Both the position numbers and the translations under genes were made by a program. Source: an uncultured Chloroflexia bacterium (lineage in GTDB: Bacteria; Chloroflexota; Anaerolineae; JAAYZQ01). From it: a stretch of 64,000 nucleotides of DNA. Every line of letters begins with the position of its first letter. Within the stretch, counting starts at the first letter, position 1. The stretch covers positions 221,527 through 285,526 of the forward strand of contig CAVPBH010000020.1 of assembly GCA_963701775.1 (NCBI GenBank), written 5' to 3'. The notes under the pieces are model-generated. The model was given only the letters and a program-made list of their open reading frames with translations. It was not told the DNA's origin and did no database searches. Shown piece after piece: positions 47,275 to 58,070 of this stretch.

Positions 47275-48725
47275 ATCGCCTCTGGGTGCGGCTCACGCTC
47301 GCCTTTGGCCTGGTCGTGCTGGTGGCGATGGGCGCGACCGGTTTCCTCATAAACCGGACGACCAATGCCGAGTTCCGGCAGTACATCACACGCAGCGACA
47401 TGCAGGCGGCGGGCAGGGGCGTGCAGCAGCTCGTCGACTATTACGTCGAGAATGGGACCTGGGAAGGGGTAGGCGAGCTGCTGTCCGGTGGTGTCTGGAT
47501 GAGCGGGGGAACGGGGCTGGCTGTTGGGCCGTCGGTCAGTGTCACACGCGATGGGATGACAGTCATCGGAACGCGCGACGGGCCGCCTATGCAGGTCGAT
47601 GTCCTCTTGGCCGACGCCCGCGGGCAGATTGTCTACGACAGCACAGGCCAGAGGGAAGGAAGGCGCCTCAGGTACAGGGACAGGCAGGGGGCATCGGCCA
47701 TTACGCTGCCTGATGACGGGAGCTTGATTGGCTATCTCCTGGTTTCTGTCTCCGGCCCATCGGGCCGGCTCGGTTCCCTGGAGCAGGCGTTCCTGTACCG
47801 CATCCGCAGGGTCCTGCTCATCGGCGGTGCGCTGGCCGTGGGCCTGGTAGTGATCGTCGGCGCGGCGGTCAGCCGGAGCCTGACATCCCCACTGCAGCGC
47901 CTGGCCGCAGCCGCCCGTGAAGTGGCCAAAGGGCACCTGGGGCAGAAGGTCCAGGTCGAGGGCAGCCCTGAGGTCGCCGAAGTGGGGCGCGCCTTCAACG
48001 AGATGACCTCCGCGCTGGACCAGGCGGAGAAGCAGCGCAAGAACCTGGTGGCCGACGTGGCCCATGAGCTGCGGACCCCTCTCAGCGTGCTACAGGGCAA
48101 CCTGCGTGCCGTCCTCGACGGAGTCTATCCGTTGGACCAAGGCGAGATCGCGCGCCTGTACGACGAATCGCTCCTCCTGGGCCGCCTGATCGAAGACCTG
48201 CGGGAGCTGGCGCTGGCCGACGCGGGGCAGCTCCGCCTCGAAGTCAGGCAGATAGACGGCGCCCAGGTCATCCGGGACACCCTGGACAAGATGTCGATGC
48301 TCGCACAGGACCGCGAGATCATCATGGCGGCGGACCTCCCCGCCGATCCTCCGGCCGTCCTGGCCGATCCGGACCGCATGTGCCAGGTGCTCCGCAACCT
48401 GCTCCTGAACGCGGCGCAGCACACACCGGCCGGGGGTACGGTCACCGTGGCCGCTCGCCAAGTGGACGAGTTGCTCGAGATCTCGGTAGCAGACACCGGC
48501 GTCGGTATCTCCGCAGAGAACCTACCCCATGTTTTCGAGCGCTTCTGGCGGGCCGACCCTGCGCGCGCGCGCGGGAGCCGCCTGGGCGGCGGCACCGGGA
48601 TCGGACTGGCGGTCGCCCAAAGCCTCGTCGAAGCCCAGGGTGGGCGCATCTGGGTCGAGAGCGCGCTGGGAGAAGGCACAACGTTCCGTTTCACCCTGCC
48701 GATTGCCTTTTCGGCAGCCGGCTAG
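47271..48725 (+). CDS. sensor histidine kinase (TM, HAMP, HisKA, HATPase_c)
   Basis: ATGA overlap with the regulator gene; H-box VAHELRTPLSVLQGNL; N-box and G-boxes (LLLNAAQHTPAGGTVTV…DTGVGIS…GGTGIGLA). Confidence 0.85.
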   Translation: MNRLWVRLTLAFGLVVLVAMGATGFLINRTTNAEFRQYITRSDMQAAGRGVQQLVDYYVENGTWEGVGELLSGGVWMSGGTGLAVGPSVSVTRDGMTVIGTRDGPPMQVDVLLADARGQIVYDSTGQREGRRLRYRDRQGASAITLPDDGSLIGYLLVSVSGPSGRLGSLEQAFLYRIRRVLLIGGALAVGLVVIVGAAVSRSLTSPLQRLAAAAREVAKGHLGQKVQVEGSPEVAEVGRAFNEMTSALDQAEKQRKNLVADVAHELRTPLSVLQGNLRAVLDGVYPLDQGEIARLYDESLLLGRLIEDLRELALADAGQLRLEVRQIDGAQVIRDTLDKMSMLAQDREIIMAADLPADPPAVLADPDRMCQVLRNLLLNAAQHTPAGGTVTVAARQVDELLEISVADTGVGISAENLPHVFERFWRADPARARGSRLGGGTGIGLAVAQSLVEAQGGRIWVESALGEGTTFRFTLPIAFSAAG

Positions 48726-48731
48726 TCGATT

Positions 48732-48752
48732 GGCGCGATGGCCGCGCTTTTG
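48732..48752 (+). terminator. short GC hairpin followed by TTTT after the kinase gene
   Basis: gGCGCGatggcCGCGCttttg. Confidence 0.35.
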
Positions 48753-48786
48753 CTTGGCTGACGGCCTGGAGGACGGTGAACTGCGG

Positions 48787-49761
48787 GTGAGCCCGGCAAC
48801 CAGAAAGCGCCTTCAGAACCTGCTCAAGATTGTAGTCAGCGTCGGGTTCCTTGCCCTCCTCCTCTCCCGGGTGGAGCTGGGCGAGGTTTTCCGGCGTCTC
48901 CGGGAGATGGAGGTTCCCCTCTGGCTTGGCGCCATGGCACTCTACATCGCCGGCGAGTTCGTGCGCGGCTACCGCTGGGGCGTGCTGCTCTGGTCCCTCG
49001 GCTCCGAGGTGAGATGGAGACGCCTGACCTCGCTTTACTTCGTCGGCTCCTTCTACAACTTGGTGCTGCCCACCGGCTTTGGCGGCGATGCCGTCAAGGT
49101 ATTGGAGCTCTCAAGGGACGCCGGGGCAACGGCGGCCATCAGCTCCGTAGTCGTGGAGCGCTTCAGCGGGCTGTTTGTGATGTTCCTGTTTGCCGCTCTG
49201 GCGCTGATTGGAAGCTACCGGCTCGTCCCGCCCATGGTCGTCGTGGCCATTCTCGCCATCACGCTGGCCAGCATCCTGCTCGTCGCGCTCCTGCTGCAGC
49301 GCATCTGGATCGAGCGCTGGGGACGCGGGCTCCGGATCGACTGGCTGTTCGCCCGCGTCGTCCTCCTCCGCAAGCTCTACCAGTCACTCGGCCTCTACTC
49401 GCGCAAGGCGCTGGCACGGGCCACCGGCGCGGCGCTCGTATTCAACCTGATACAGATCCTGGCCAACATCCTCCTGGCGAGGGCCGTGGGCATCCACGTT
49501 CCCGTGGCCTACTTCTTCCTCTTCGTCCCGATCATCGCTTTCACAAACCTGCTGCCCTCTCTGGGTGGCCTGGGCCTGCGCGAAGGGGCGTACGTCTTTC
49601 TCTTCACCCAGGTCGGGGTCGACCACGATCATGCGCTGGCGCTGGCGTTGGCCCGCGACATGACACTCCTCGGCCTGGGGCTGATCGGTGCCCTCGTCTA
49701 CGTGGTGCAGAGCGCGCTGGCGAGCCGGCGCAAGTCCGAGTGCTCGGCTCCTGAGGAATAG
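48787..49761 (+). CDS. flippase-like / lysylphosphatidylglycerol-synthase transmembrane-domain family protein (UPF0104)
   Basis: Eight-TM profile with the family motif (FYNLVLPTGFGGDAVKVLEL); start codon uncertain (GTG at 48787 chosen). Confidence 0.55.
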   Translation: MSPATRKRLQNLLKIVVSVGFLALLLSRVELGEVFRRLREMEVPLWLGAMALYIAGEFVRGYRWGVLLWSLGSEVRWRRLTSLYFVGSFYNLVLPTGFGGDAVKVLELSRDAGATAAISSVVVERFSGLFVMFLFAALALIGSYRLVPPMVVVAILAITLASILLVALLLQRIWIERWGRGLRIDWLFARVVLLRKLYQSLGLYSRKALARATGAALVFNLIQILANILLARAVGIHVPVAYFFLFVPIIAFTNLLPSLGGLGLREGAYVFLFTQVGVDHDHALALALARDMTLLGLGLIGALVYVVQSALASRRKSECSAPEE

Positions 49762-49784
49762 GGGCAATCCGGCCTGCCCGCCCA

Positions 49785-50969
49785 CTACTCCGCGGGCGCG
49801 GAACCGTGCAGCGCTTGCCCTGCCGGCTCCACCGCCAGCTGCACCCACCGCCTCTCCCTCGCACTCGCCAGGACGGTCTCGCACAGCACCATCTCTCGCC
49901 ACCCATCCTCGAACGTCGCGAAGGAGAGAGCCGCCACAGGAGCCCCTCTCTCGATGTGGCCGTAGACGTCTGAGAAGAGCCGGACAAACGTGTCGGGATA
50001 CCCTTCGGCGTGACCCCCGGGATAGGCCGCGTAGCGGCGCACCTCGGGCTGCATCAAGGCCGGATCTTTCAGCAGCACCTCGTTGGGCCGGTCGCGGTGC
50101 CCCACCCACAGCTCACCCGGACGCTCCTGGCACCAATAGAGCGATCCCTCCGATCCGTCGATCTCCCACCACAACGCATTCTTCCGGCCTGCGCTGATCT
50201 GCGAAAGGGTGACCGCGCCGCGCGCGCCCCCCTCCAGATGCAGCAGCATCGTCGCCATGTCCTCGGTGCGGACCTCGACAGCTTCGGCGTCCTCCACGGC
50301 GGCGAGCTTGCTGGCAAAGGTCTCCACCGGGTGGCTGGGCCGGTAGCGGGTGGGGATGAAGGTGGCCATGTCGGCCATCACCTCGGTCACCTTCAGGCCC
50401 GTCAGCCACTGCAGCATGTCGAGCACGTGCGTGCCAATGTCCCCCACCGCCCGCACGTCGCCGCCCAACTCCGGCTCCAGCCGCCAGTTCCAGTCAGTGG
50501 GCCAAAGCAGCCAGTCCTGGCAGTATTCCGCGTGCAGGATGCGGGGCACGCCGATCTGCCCCGCCCGGATCCGGGCGCGTGCCTCCAGGTTCATGGGATA
50601 GAAGCGCAGGTTGTAGCAGACCGCACCCACGCGCTGCCGCGCCTCCGCCAAGCTCACCAGCCCGGCTGCCTGCGCGCTCGTCATGGCCAACGGCTTCTCG
50701 CACACCACGTGCTTGCCCGCCTCCAGCGCCGCCCTCGCCGCCGGGTAATGCTGGTGGTTGGGTGTGCACAGGTGGACCACGTCCACGCCGGCATCGGCCA
50801 GCAATTCGTCGAGGCTGCCGTACGCCCGAACGATGCCCTGCCGGCGGGCAAAGGCCTGCCCCTTGGCCGGCTCGCTGCCCAGCACGCCGGCAATCTCGAT
50901 GCCCAGCCGGCGCAGTGCCTCGCTGTGCGCCCCGCCCATGAACCCCGTCCCGACGATGGCTGCTTTCAT
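49785..50969 (-). CDS. Gfo/Idh/MocA family NAD(P)-dependent oxidoreductase
   Basis: MKAAIVGTGFMGGAHSEALRRLGIEIAGVLG Rossmann N-terminus; intact 394 aa from this ATG. Confidence 0.85.
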   Translation of the reverse strand: MKAAIVGTGFMGGAHSEALRRLGIEIAGVLGSEPAKGQAFARRQGIVRAYGSLDELLADAGVDVVHLCTPNHQHYPAARAALEAGKHVVCEKPLAMTSAQAAGLVSLAEARQRVGAVCYNLRFYPMNLEARARIRAGQIGVPRILHAEYCQDWLLWPTDWNWRLEPELGGDVRAVGDIGTHVLDMLQWLTGLKVTEVMADMATFIPTRYRPSHPVETFASKLAAVEDAEAVEVRTEDMATMLLHLEGGARGAVTLSQISAGRKNALWWEIDGSEGSLYWCQERPGELWVGHRDRPNEVLLKDPALMQPEVRRYAAYPGGHAEGYPDTFVRLFSDVYGHIERGAPVAALSFATFEDGWREMVLCETVLASARERRWVQLAVEPAGQALHGSAPAE

Positions 50970-51108
50970 CTCTCTCCTCCTTCGGCTGCTGATCGCCGAT
51001 TGTAGCATCCAAAGGGCCTTGCATCAACTTGATCATCGAAGGCAGTCTGGTATAATCAACCGCCGGCTGATTCGAGGATTGCCGTGCCCTGTGCCGAGGT
51101 ACGGGCAG

Positions 51109-51576
51109 ATGACCCTGAACGTGACATCAGACATCGACGCAGTTCCGATCCTCATACGCGCGTTCCAGGAGGCCGACCGCGCCGCTGTGGTCGACCTCTG
51201 GTACCGCTGCCACTTGGTCGTACCCTGGAACGACCCCGACCGTGACATCGACCGCAAGCTGCGCGTCCGCCCCGAATGGTTCCTGGTCGGCACCTCGGCC
51301 GGAATGGTCGTCGCCACCCTCATGGTCGGGTACGAAGGGCACCGCGGCTGGCTCAACTACCTGGCGGTCGATCCCGACTTCCGGCGCCGGGGCATTGGGC
51401 GCCTCCTCGTGACACACGCCGAGCAAATCCTGCGCGAGGCCGGCTGCCCCAAGATCTGCCTGCAGGTGCGCACCGGGAACAGGGCGGCGCTCGAGTTTTA
51501 CCGTGCGCTCGACTTCTTCCGGGACGACGTTATCGGCCTCGGCAAGAGGCTCGTGGACGACCAACGCGGGCACTGA
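51109..51576 (+). CDS. GNAT family N-acetyltransferase
   Basis: Acetyl-CoA binding motif (LAVDPDFRRRGIGRLLV); about 155 aa. Confidence 0.8.
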   Translation: MTLNVTSDIDAVPILIRAFQEADRAAVVDLWYRCHLVVPWNDPDRDIDRKLRVRPEWFLVGTSAGMVVATLMVGYEGHRGWLNYLAVDPDFRRRGIGRLLVTHAEQILREAGCPKICLQVRTGNRAALEFYRALDFFRDDVIGLGKRLVDDQRGH

Positions 51577-51904
51577 GAAGGATTGTCTACGAGACAACTC
51601 GAGGTTTGGGCAGCAGGCAGGGTGTGCGGTATGATCGTGCGGCACACCCCACCAAGAAGCCCGCGTCCAAGCCCAAGCCGACGTCGACCAAGACACCGAT
51701 CCCGGCGCCGACGAACACGCCCTTGCCGGCCTTTGACTACAGGGCGATACACCAATGCCAGTACGACAGCAAGAATTGCGGAGATTAGGTCCAGGGCGGA
51801 GCTTGCGCTGCGGCCCGACCTGCCCGTCGTCATCGGAGAGGCAGAGGACGGACTGTCGCTCGTCTTGGACATAGGCCTGAGACACACACAAGCTTGTGTC
51901 AACC

Positions 51905-51925
51905 CAAATGACAATGTCACCGAAG
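51905..51925 (+). repeat. solo copy of the IS terminal inverted-repeat sequence (CAAATGACAATGTCACCGAAG)
   Basis: Matches the IR at 59466-59484 (TCAAATGATAATGTCACCGAAGG) with 1 mismatch, including the flanking GAAG; no transposase nearby. Confidence 0.45.
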
Positions 51926-51932
51926 CGGCCCG

Positions 51933-51961
51933 TTGACACTGCTCCCCAAGTGGGGTAGAAT
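51933..51961 (+). promoter_or_regulatory. consensus-like promoter TTGACA-N17-TAGAAT immediately after the solo IR, upstream of the ADH gene
   Basis: TTGACA at 51933-51938; TAGAAT at 51956-51961; spacer 17 bp. ADH start codon at 51968. Confidence 0.45.
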
Positions 51962-51967
51962 GCCCGC

Positions 51968-52982
51968 ATGAGAGCAATGATCCTGGAGGCGCCCAGGCCT
52001 GTGGAGGAATACCCACTCACCCCGGCCGACCTTCCCATGCCGGAGCCGGGCCCGGGAGAGATACGGCTTGCAGGTGATGGCCTGCGCCGTGTGCCACACC
52101 GACCTGCACCTGGCCGAAGGAGAGGTTGTCCCCAGCAAGCTGCCCATCATCCCCGGTCACCAGGTCGCCGGCATGGTCGACAAGTTGGGCGAGGGGGTCG
52201 ACGGCTTTCATGCCGGCGAGCGCGCCGGCGTCGCATGGCTGAACTGGGCCTGCGGCGAGTGCAGCTATTGCCGGGAGGGCCGCGAGAACCTGTGCGACAG
52301 CGCCCGCTTCACCGGGCAGCACGTGGACGGCGGCTTTGCCGAGTTCATCGTCGTGCCGGCCGGCTTTGCCTATGCCATCCCGGCGGGCTTTTCCGCCGAA
52401 CAGGCTGCGCCGCTCCTGTGCGCCGGGGTGATCGGCTACCGATCGCTGCGCCTGTGCGAGATCGAGCCGGGGGGGAGGCTAGGCCTTTATGGCTTTGGCG
52501 CCTCGGCGCACGTGACAATCCAGGTGGCGCGCTACTGGGGCTGCGAGGTGTACGTCTTTACGCGGGGCAAGGAGCATCGCAGCCAGGCGATCGATCTGGG
52601 CGCAGCCTGGGTCGGGGCGGCGGAGGAGACGCCACCCCACGCCCTGGATGCTGCCATCACCTTCGCTCCTGCCGGACGCCTCGTTCCCCAGGCGCTGCGC
52701 GTCCTGCGCAAGGGGGGAACGGTGGCAATCAACGCTATCCACATGAGCCCGATCCCGGAGATACCCTACTTCCTGCTCTATGGGGAAAGGACGCTCCGCA
52801 GTGTGGCAAATGCCACGCGGCGCGATGCGCAGGATCTGCTCGATCTGGCGGCGGCGATCCCGATCCGAACTGAGGTGCAAGTCTACCCGCTTGCCGGGGC
52901 CAACGACGCGCTCCGGAGCCTCAAGCGCGCCGAAATCCGGGGCAGTGCCGTGCTAGAGGTTTCTACCGGCCGGCCGGATTGA
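51968..52982 (+). CDS. zinc-dependent alcohol dehydrogenase (AdhP-like) with one apparent frameshift near 52070
   Basis: N-terminus MRAMILEAPRPVEEYPLTPADLPMPEPGPGEIRL in the frame of ORF 51968. Continuation (Q)VMACAVCHTDLHLAEGE…GHQVAGMV…CGECSYCREGRENLC in ORF 52068..52982. Confidence 0.7.
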
Positions 52983-53009
52983 CACCGGCGGCTTGAAGGG
53001 ACTTGTCCA

Positions 53010-53933
53010 ATGCCTGACATCAACCCAATCCTCCGCCGTGCCCGCCCCGACGACCGGGCGGCGATGGAGCGCATCTGTGCCCACACCTGGGACGACGGCG
53101 ACTATATCCCCTACGTGTGGGACCACTGGTTGGCGGACGAGCGAGGCCCGCTCGTCGTCGGCGAGCTCGATGGGGAGGTGGTCGCCCTGTGCAAGATCTC
53201 TTTCCAGACCGCCGACCAAGTTTGGCTGCAGGGCATGCGCGTTGACCCCGACTATCGCCAGCGCGGCATCGGCCAGAGGTTCCTGGACTATAGCCTGGCG
53301 TATGCCCGCGACAACGGCGCGCGGGTGGCCCGGCTCAGCACGAGCATCCGCAACACGCCGGTGCACGTCATGGCGGCTAGGGCGGGCATGGAGCGCATCG
53401 GCGTCTGGGTGTTCTGGCAGGCCGAGGCGCTGGCCGAGGGCCCTCAGCTCCGCGTCTTGTCGCCCGCCGACCAGCCGGCCGTGGAGCTATTCCTGCGGAC
53501 AAGCCGCGTGCTGGAGACCTGCCGCGGCGTGTACCAGTCCGGGTGGGAAAACCTGGACCTGACGCCGGATCAACTGCCCCCCCTTCTCGAGGAGGGCCAC
53601 GCGCTGGCCCTGGGGGAGCCGGGCGGCCCCCTGGCCGCTCTCGCACTATTAGCCGAGGATCAAGAGGATCCGGGGCTGCATATCGGCTTTGCCGACGGCG
53701 ATCCGGCCGCGGTGCACGAGCTGGCGACGGCCCTCCGTGTCCACGCCGGCCGGCTTGGGGCGACCCGGGCACGGGCCTGGCTGCCGGAAGTGGATTGGCT
53801 GCGCGAGGCGTTCGCCTCGGCCGGCTACGCCTTTGGCGAGTGGCAGGGCGAGATGTGCCTCTACGAGCTCCGCTTCCCTCACCCCGGCCCTCTCCCCGAG
53901 GGACAGGGGGAGGGAGAGAACCATGCAGGCTAG
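53010..53933 (+). CDS. GNAT family acetyltransferase-domain protein (two-lobed, 307 aa)
   Basis: LRRARPDDRAAMERI… ; …MRVDPDYRQRGIGQRFLDYSLAYARDNG…; intact. Confidence 0.65.
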   Translation: MPDINPILRRARPDDRAAMERICAHTWDDGDYIPYVWDHWLADERGPLVVGELDGEVVALCKISFQTADQVWLQGMRVDPDYRQRGIGQRFLDYSLAYARDNGARVARLSTSIRNTPVHVMAARAGMERIGVWVFWQAEALAEGPQLRVLSPADQPAVELFLRTSRVLETCRGVYQSGWENLDLTPDQLPPLLEEGHALALGEPGGPLAALALLAEDQEDPGLHIGFADGDPAAVHELATALRVHAGRLGATRARAWLPEVDWLREAFASAGYAFGEWQGEMCLYELRFPHPGPLPEGQGEGENHAG

Positions 53934-55659
53934 GCGGCCGGCAGGGCGCCGCTGGGTTTGGATCCTCGGGGGGGCGCTGGCCCTGGCCGCGCTCGTCGCG
54001 GTCCTGGTTCTGACCCGCCCCGCCTGGACCTCATTCCTCTTCGGAGTGACCGGAGAGGAGTCGCTGCCCGCTCAGCTCCGGGGCGGCTTCGAATGGCTGG
54101 GCAACCTGACGCGCCGCCAGCCCAAGACCGACGACCTGGTGCCGGTGTCCAACGCCGGCGTGAACCCCTACGGCGTGAACGTGTTCCTGGAGCAGGAGGT
54201 CGAGCCGGCCAAGCGCGAGCAGTCGGTGCAGATGATCGCCGAGGCCGGGTTCCACTGGATCCGCCAGGAGTTCCCCTGGGAGGATATCGAGATCCACGGC
54301 AAGGGCGACTTTGAGGACCGCCGACACGAGCCCTACCGCTCGGCCTGGGAAAAGTACGACAACATCGTGGACCTGGCGGGCCAGTATGGCCTCGAGATCA
54401 TCGCACGGCTGAGCAACCCGCCCGCCTGGAGCCGGGCCGCCGGCGACGAAGCGGGCACCTTTGGCCCGCCCGACAACCTGGCGGACTATGGCGATTTCGT
54501 CGAGGCGGTGGTTCGCCGCTACCAGGGGCGCATCCACACCTACCAGATTTGGAACGAGCCCAACATCTACCCCGAGTGGGGCGAGCAGCCGGTCAGCCCT
54601 GAGGGCTACACCGAGCTTCTGAAGGAAGGCTACACCCGCGTCAAGGCAGCCTGCCCCGACTGTGTGGTCATCTCCGGTGCATTGGCACAGACCATCCCCC
54701 TCGGGCCGCGTGACTTGAACGACTTTATCTTTCTGCAGCGGATGTACGACGCGGGTGCGGCAGACTATTTCGACGTCCTGGCGATCCAGGGCTATGGGCT
54801 CTGGTCAGGCCCGACGGACCGCCGGATGCGGCCGCGCGTCCTCAACTTCTCGCGGCCCCTCTACATCCGCGAGATGATGGTCAAGAACGGCGATGCAGAC
54901 AAGCCGATCTGGATCACCGAGATGAACTGGAACGCCTCGCCGGAGGAGATGCCCAACAAGCCCTTCGGCTCGGTCACTCTCGAGCAGCAGGCCCGCTACG
55001 CCGTGTTGGCGTACCGGCGCGCCCAGGAGGAGTGGCCCTGGGTGGGTGTGGTGTGCACCTGGTTCTTCAAGCGGGCCACCGATACCGAAGTGGACCAGCC
55101 GATGTACTACTTCCGGCTTGTGGAGCCGGACTTTTCCCCCATGCCGGCCTATGGCGCCCTCAGCGACCTAATGCATGAGCCGCCGGTCCTCTATCGCGGT
55201 GTGCACCAGGAGGACGATTGGGCGCTCGAATACCAAGGGGCGTGGGCGGACCGATCTGACCCGTCGGCCGAGCTGGGTGCCTTCCGGCTGGCCGGTTCGC
55301 CGGATGCTGCGCTCAGGTTCACCTTCGTCGGGACGGACGTCCGGCTCACGCTCGCGCCTGGGGCCGTGGGGACGTGGAGCGTCGTGTTGGACGAAGGCAG
55401 TGAGAAGGCAGTGCAGGTCTCACCCGACGAGCCAGTTTGGCTGGCGCGCGGGCTCGGGCACGGCACGCACACGCTCACCCTGCGCACCGACGCGGGCGGG
55501 CTATCAGTCGACAGCATTGCCATCTTCAACCGCTCTCGGCTAATCCCGTGGCTCCTGGCCGCGGCAGCGCTCCTGGTGGTGGGCGCCGTTGCACGTATCC
55601 TCACTTCGAGACGGCGGCACTCTCCCGAGCCGGGCCCCTTCCGCCGGGTGCGGCGATGA
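53924..55659 (+). CDS. membrane-anchored glycoside hydrolase family 5-like (TIM-barrel cellulase-superfamily) protein
   Basis: N-terminal TM anchor (WVWILGGALALAALVAVLVL); GH5-like catalytic motifs (IWNEPN, ITEMNW); C-terminal beta-rich domain and second TM. Confidence 0.6.
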
Positions 55660-58054
55660 AGCGCCGGGCACTGCTCCCCCCGCTGCTTCTCGCGTCTATT
55701 CTCCTCCTGGCAACCGGGCTGCGCTTCTACGCCCTCGGCCGCCAGAGCCTGTGGAACGACGAGGGCACGAGCGTGGCCGTGGCCCAGCGCGATCTCGCGA
55801 CCATCGCCCGCGACGCAGCGGCAGACATCCACCCCCCGCTCTACTACGTGCTGCTCAGCCGGTGGGTGGGGGCGGCCGGCACGAGTGAGGCAGCGGTTCG
55901 CTCCTTTTCGGCGGTGCTGGGAATCGGGCTGGTGGCGCTCACCTACGCGCTCGGCAGTGTGCTGCTGGGCCGGCGACCCGGGTTGGCGGCGGCCTTCCTT
56001 GCTGCCATCAGCCCCTTCCAGGTGTACTATTCCCAGGAAGCGCGTATGTACATGCTGCTGGCCGTCCTTGCGGCCGGTGCGGTGCTGGCGCTTGCCCGGT
56101 GGGCCCGGCAGCCGACCTGGCTGTCGCTGGCGGCTGTTGCCCTGCTGGAGGCCGCGGGCCTCTGGACGCACTACTCCTTTGTCTTCGTTGTCCTGGCGCT
56201 GAACCTGGCTTTCCTTCTCTCGCTGCGCCGCGGAACGCTCCGGCGGCTTGTGCCCTGGGCCGTGTCGCAGGCGGTTGCCTTTCTCCTCTACGTTCCCTGG
56301 CTGCCGGTGGCGCTGCGCCAGGCAGGCAGTTGGCCCAGCCCGGCGAAGGCATCGTTCTTCCCTGCCCTGGCGGAAGCCTGGCGGTGGCTCGTCTTTGGCC
56401 CGACGATCGACACGCAGCAGTCCATGGCCTGTGTGCTGGCCTCGGCTCTGGTGGCGATGGGTGGGCTGGTGATGATCTATGCGGAGACTGGGCCGGGCAA
56501 GAGACCTCCCCTCAGTCCCCCCCGCAAGCAGGGGGGAGGCGAGGAAATGCCTCCGGCGAGGTGGTCCGCCGCATTGCTCCTGCTCTGGATCGGCCTGCCG
56601 GTGGGCCTGATCTTCGCCCTGGGGCTGTATCGCGAGGCATACCTAAAGTTCTTGCTCGTCGCTTCGCCGGCCGTCTGCCTTCTCCTGGCTGCGGCATTGA
56701 CCTGGCCCCGGGCCCGCCGATCACCTGTGCCGAGGGGCCGAGCTCTGCTGCGCGGTGCGCAGATCCTGCTCGCGGTCGGGATCGTGGCCGTGAGCGCGAT
56801 TGCCCTGCGCAACTACTACGCCGATGCCGGCCTATGCCCGCGACGACTACCGCGGCATCGCGGCCTACATCGACGCCCTGGGCCGGCCTGGGGACGCCGT
56901 CCTTCTCAACGCGCCGGGGCAACAGGAAGTGTTCGGCTACTACTACCAGGGCGATCTGCCGGTCCATCCTCTACCCGGGAGCCGCCCGTTGGATCCTGCT
57001 GCTACCGAGGCCGCGCTGGCAGGCATGGCGGCGCCCGGCGGTCGCATCTTTGCCGTGTTGTGGGCCACGGACGAGTCGGACCCCGGCCGCTTCGTCGAGA
57101 GCTGGCTGGATGGGCACACCTACAAGGCGCTTGACTCCTGGTACGGCAACGTCCGCCTGGCCGTCTACGCCGTGCCGGCGCAGACGCCTGCAGCGCCGGA
57201 CGTGAGGCTCGACGTTTCCCTGGCCGACGCCTCGTCTGGCGACGAGATCGAGCTTGTGGGCTATAGCCTGCTCCAGGAAATGCTGTCCGCGGGCGACATC
57301 GCCCAGATCAGCCTCTTCTGGCAGGTGGATCGGACCCCGGCGCGGCGCTACAAGGTCTTTGTGCACCTACTGGACGAGGCGAACCACATCGTCGGCCAGT
57401 ACGACGGCGAGCCGGGCGGCGGAGCGCTGCTGACCACCCTCTGGTCGCCGGGCGCCCTCATGGCCGATCACGTCGGCGTGGCCATCCACCCCGCCACGCC
57501 TCCGGGCGCGTATCGCGTCGAGGTGGGGCTGTACGACGCCGAGACGGGCCGGCGGATGGAGGCGCCCGGCGGTGCCACTCAGGTCTGGCTGGAACCACTG
57601 GAGGTTGTCCGGCCGGCAGCGGCCGCGCCCGCCGCCACCCTGGGAAGGCAGGATGCGTCCGGGGCCGATTTCGGCGCGATCCGCCTGCTCAGCTACGACA
57701 TCTACAAGTTAGGTTCTTCGGCCGGCAGCCAGCGAAGCGCTGCATCCGGGGGATCTGCTTCACATCGATCTCTACTGGCGGGCAGATGAGCGGCCGGCGG
57801 GCGACTGGTCGGTGTGGATCGGCCTCTTGGACGGCGATGGAGGAGAGGTGGGGGGAAGTGCCGCCATACCGTCCACCGGTTTCCCCACCAGCCTCTGGCA
57901 GGCCGGCGATGTCTGGCGCGGCCAGGTCGACCTTCCCGTTCCGGCAGACACGCGACCGGGGCGCTATAGGCTGAGGATTCTGCCCACAGCACCAGACGGC
58001 GCGCCCGCCGAGCCGTTCCTCACGGATCCGGTTCAGATCGAGGCACCCCAATGA
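55656..58054 (+). CDS. GT-C fold glycosyltransferase (family 39/PMT_2, ArnT-like) with large C-terminal domain; two apparent frameshifts (about 56820 and 57730)
   Basis: ATGA overlap at 55656. Multi-TM N-terminal region (LLLATGLRFYALGRQSLWNDEGTSVAVAQ…IHPPLYYVLL…). Continues in ORF 56800..57789 and then 57812..58054. Confidence 0.55.
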
Positions 58055-58070
58055 GCCTACGGAGCCAAGT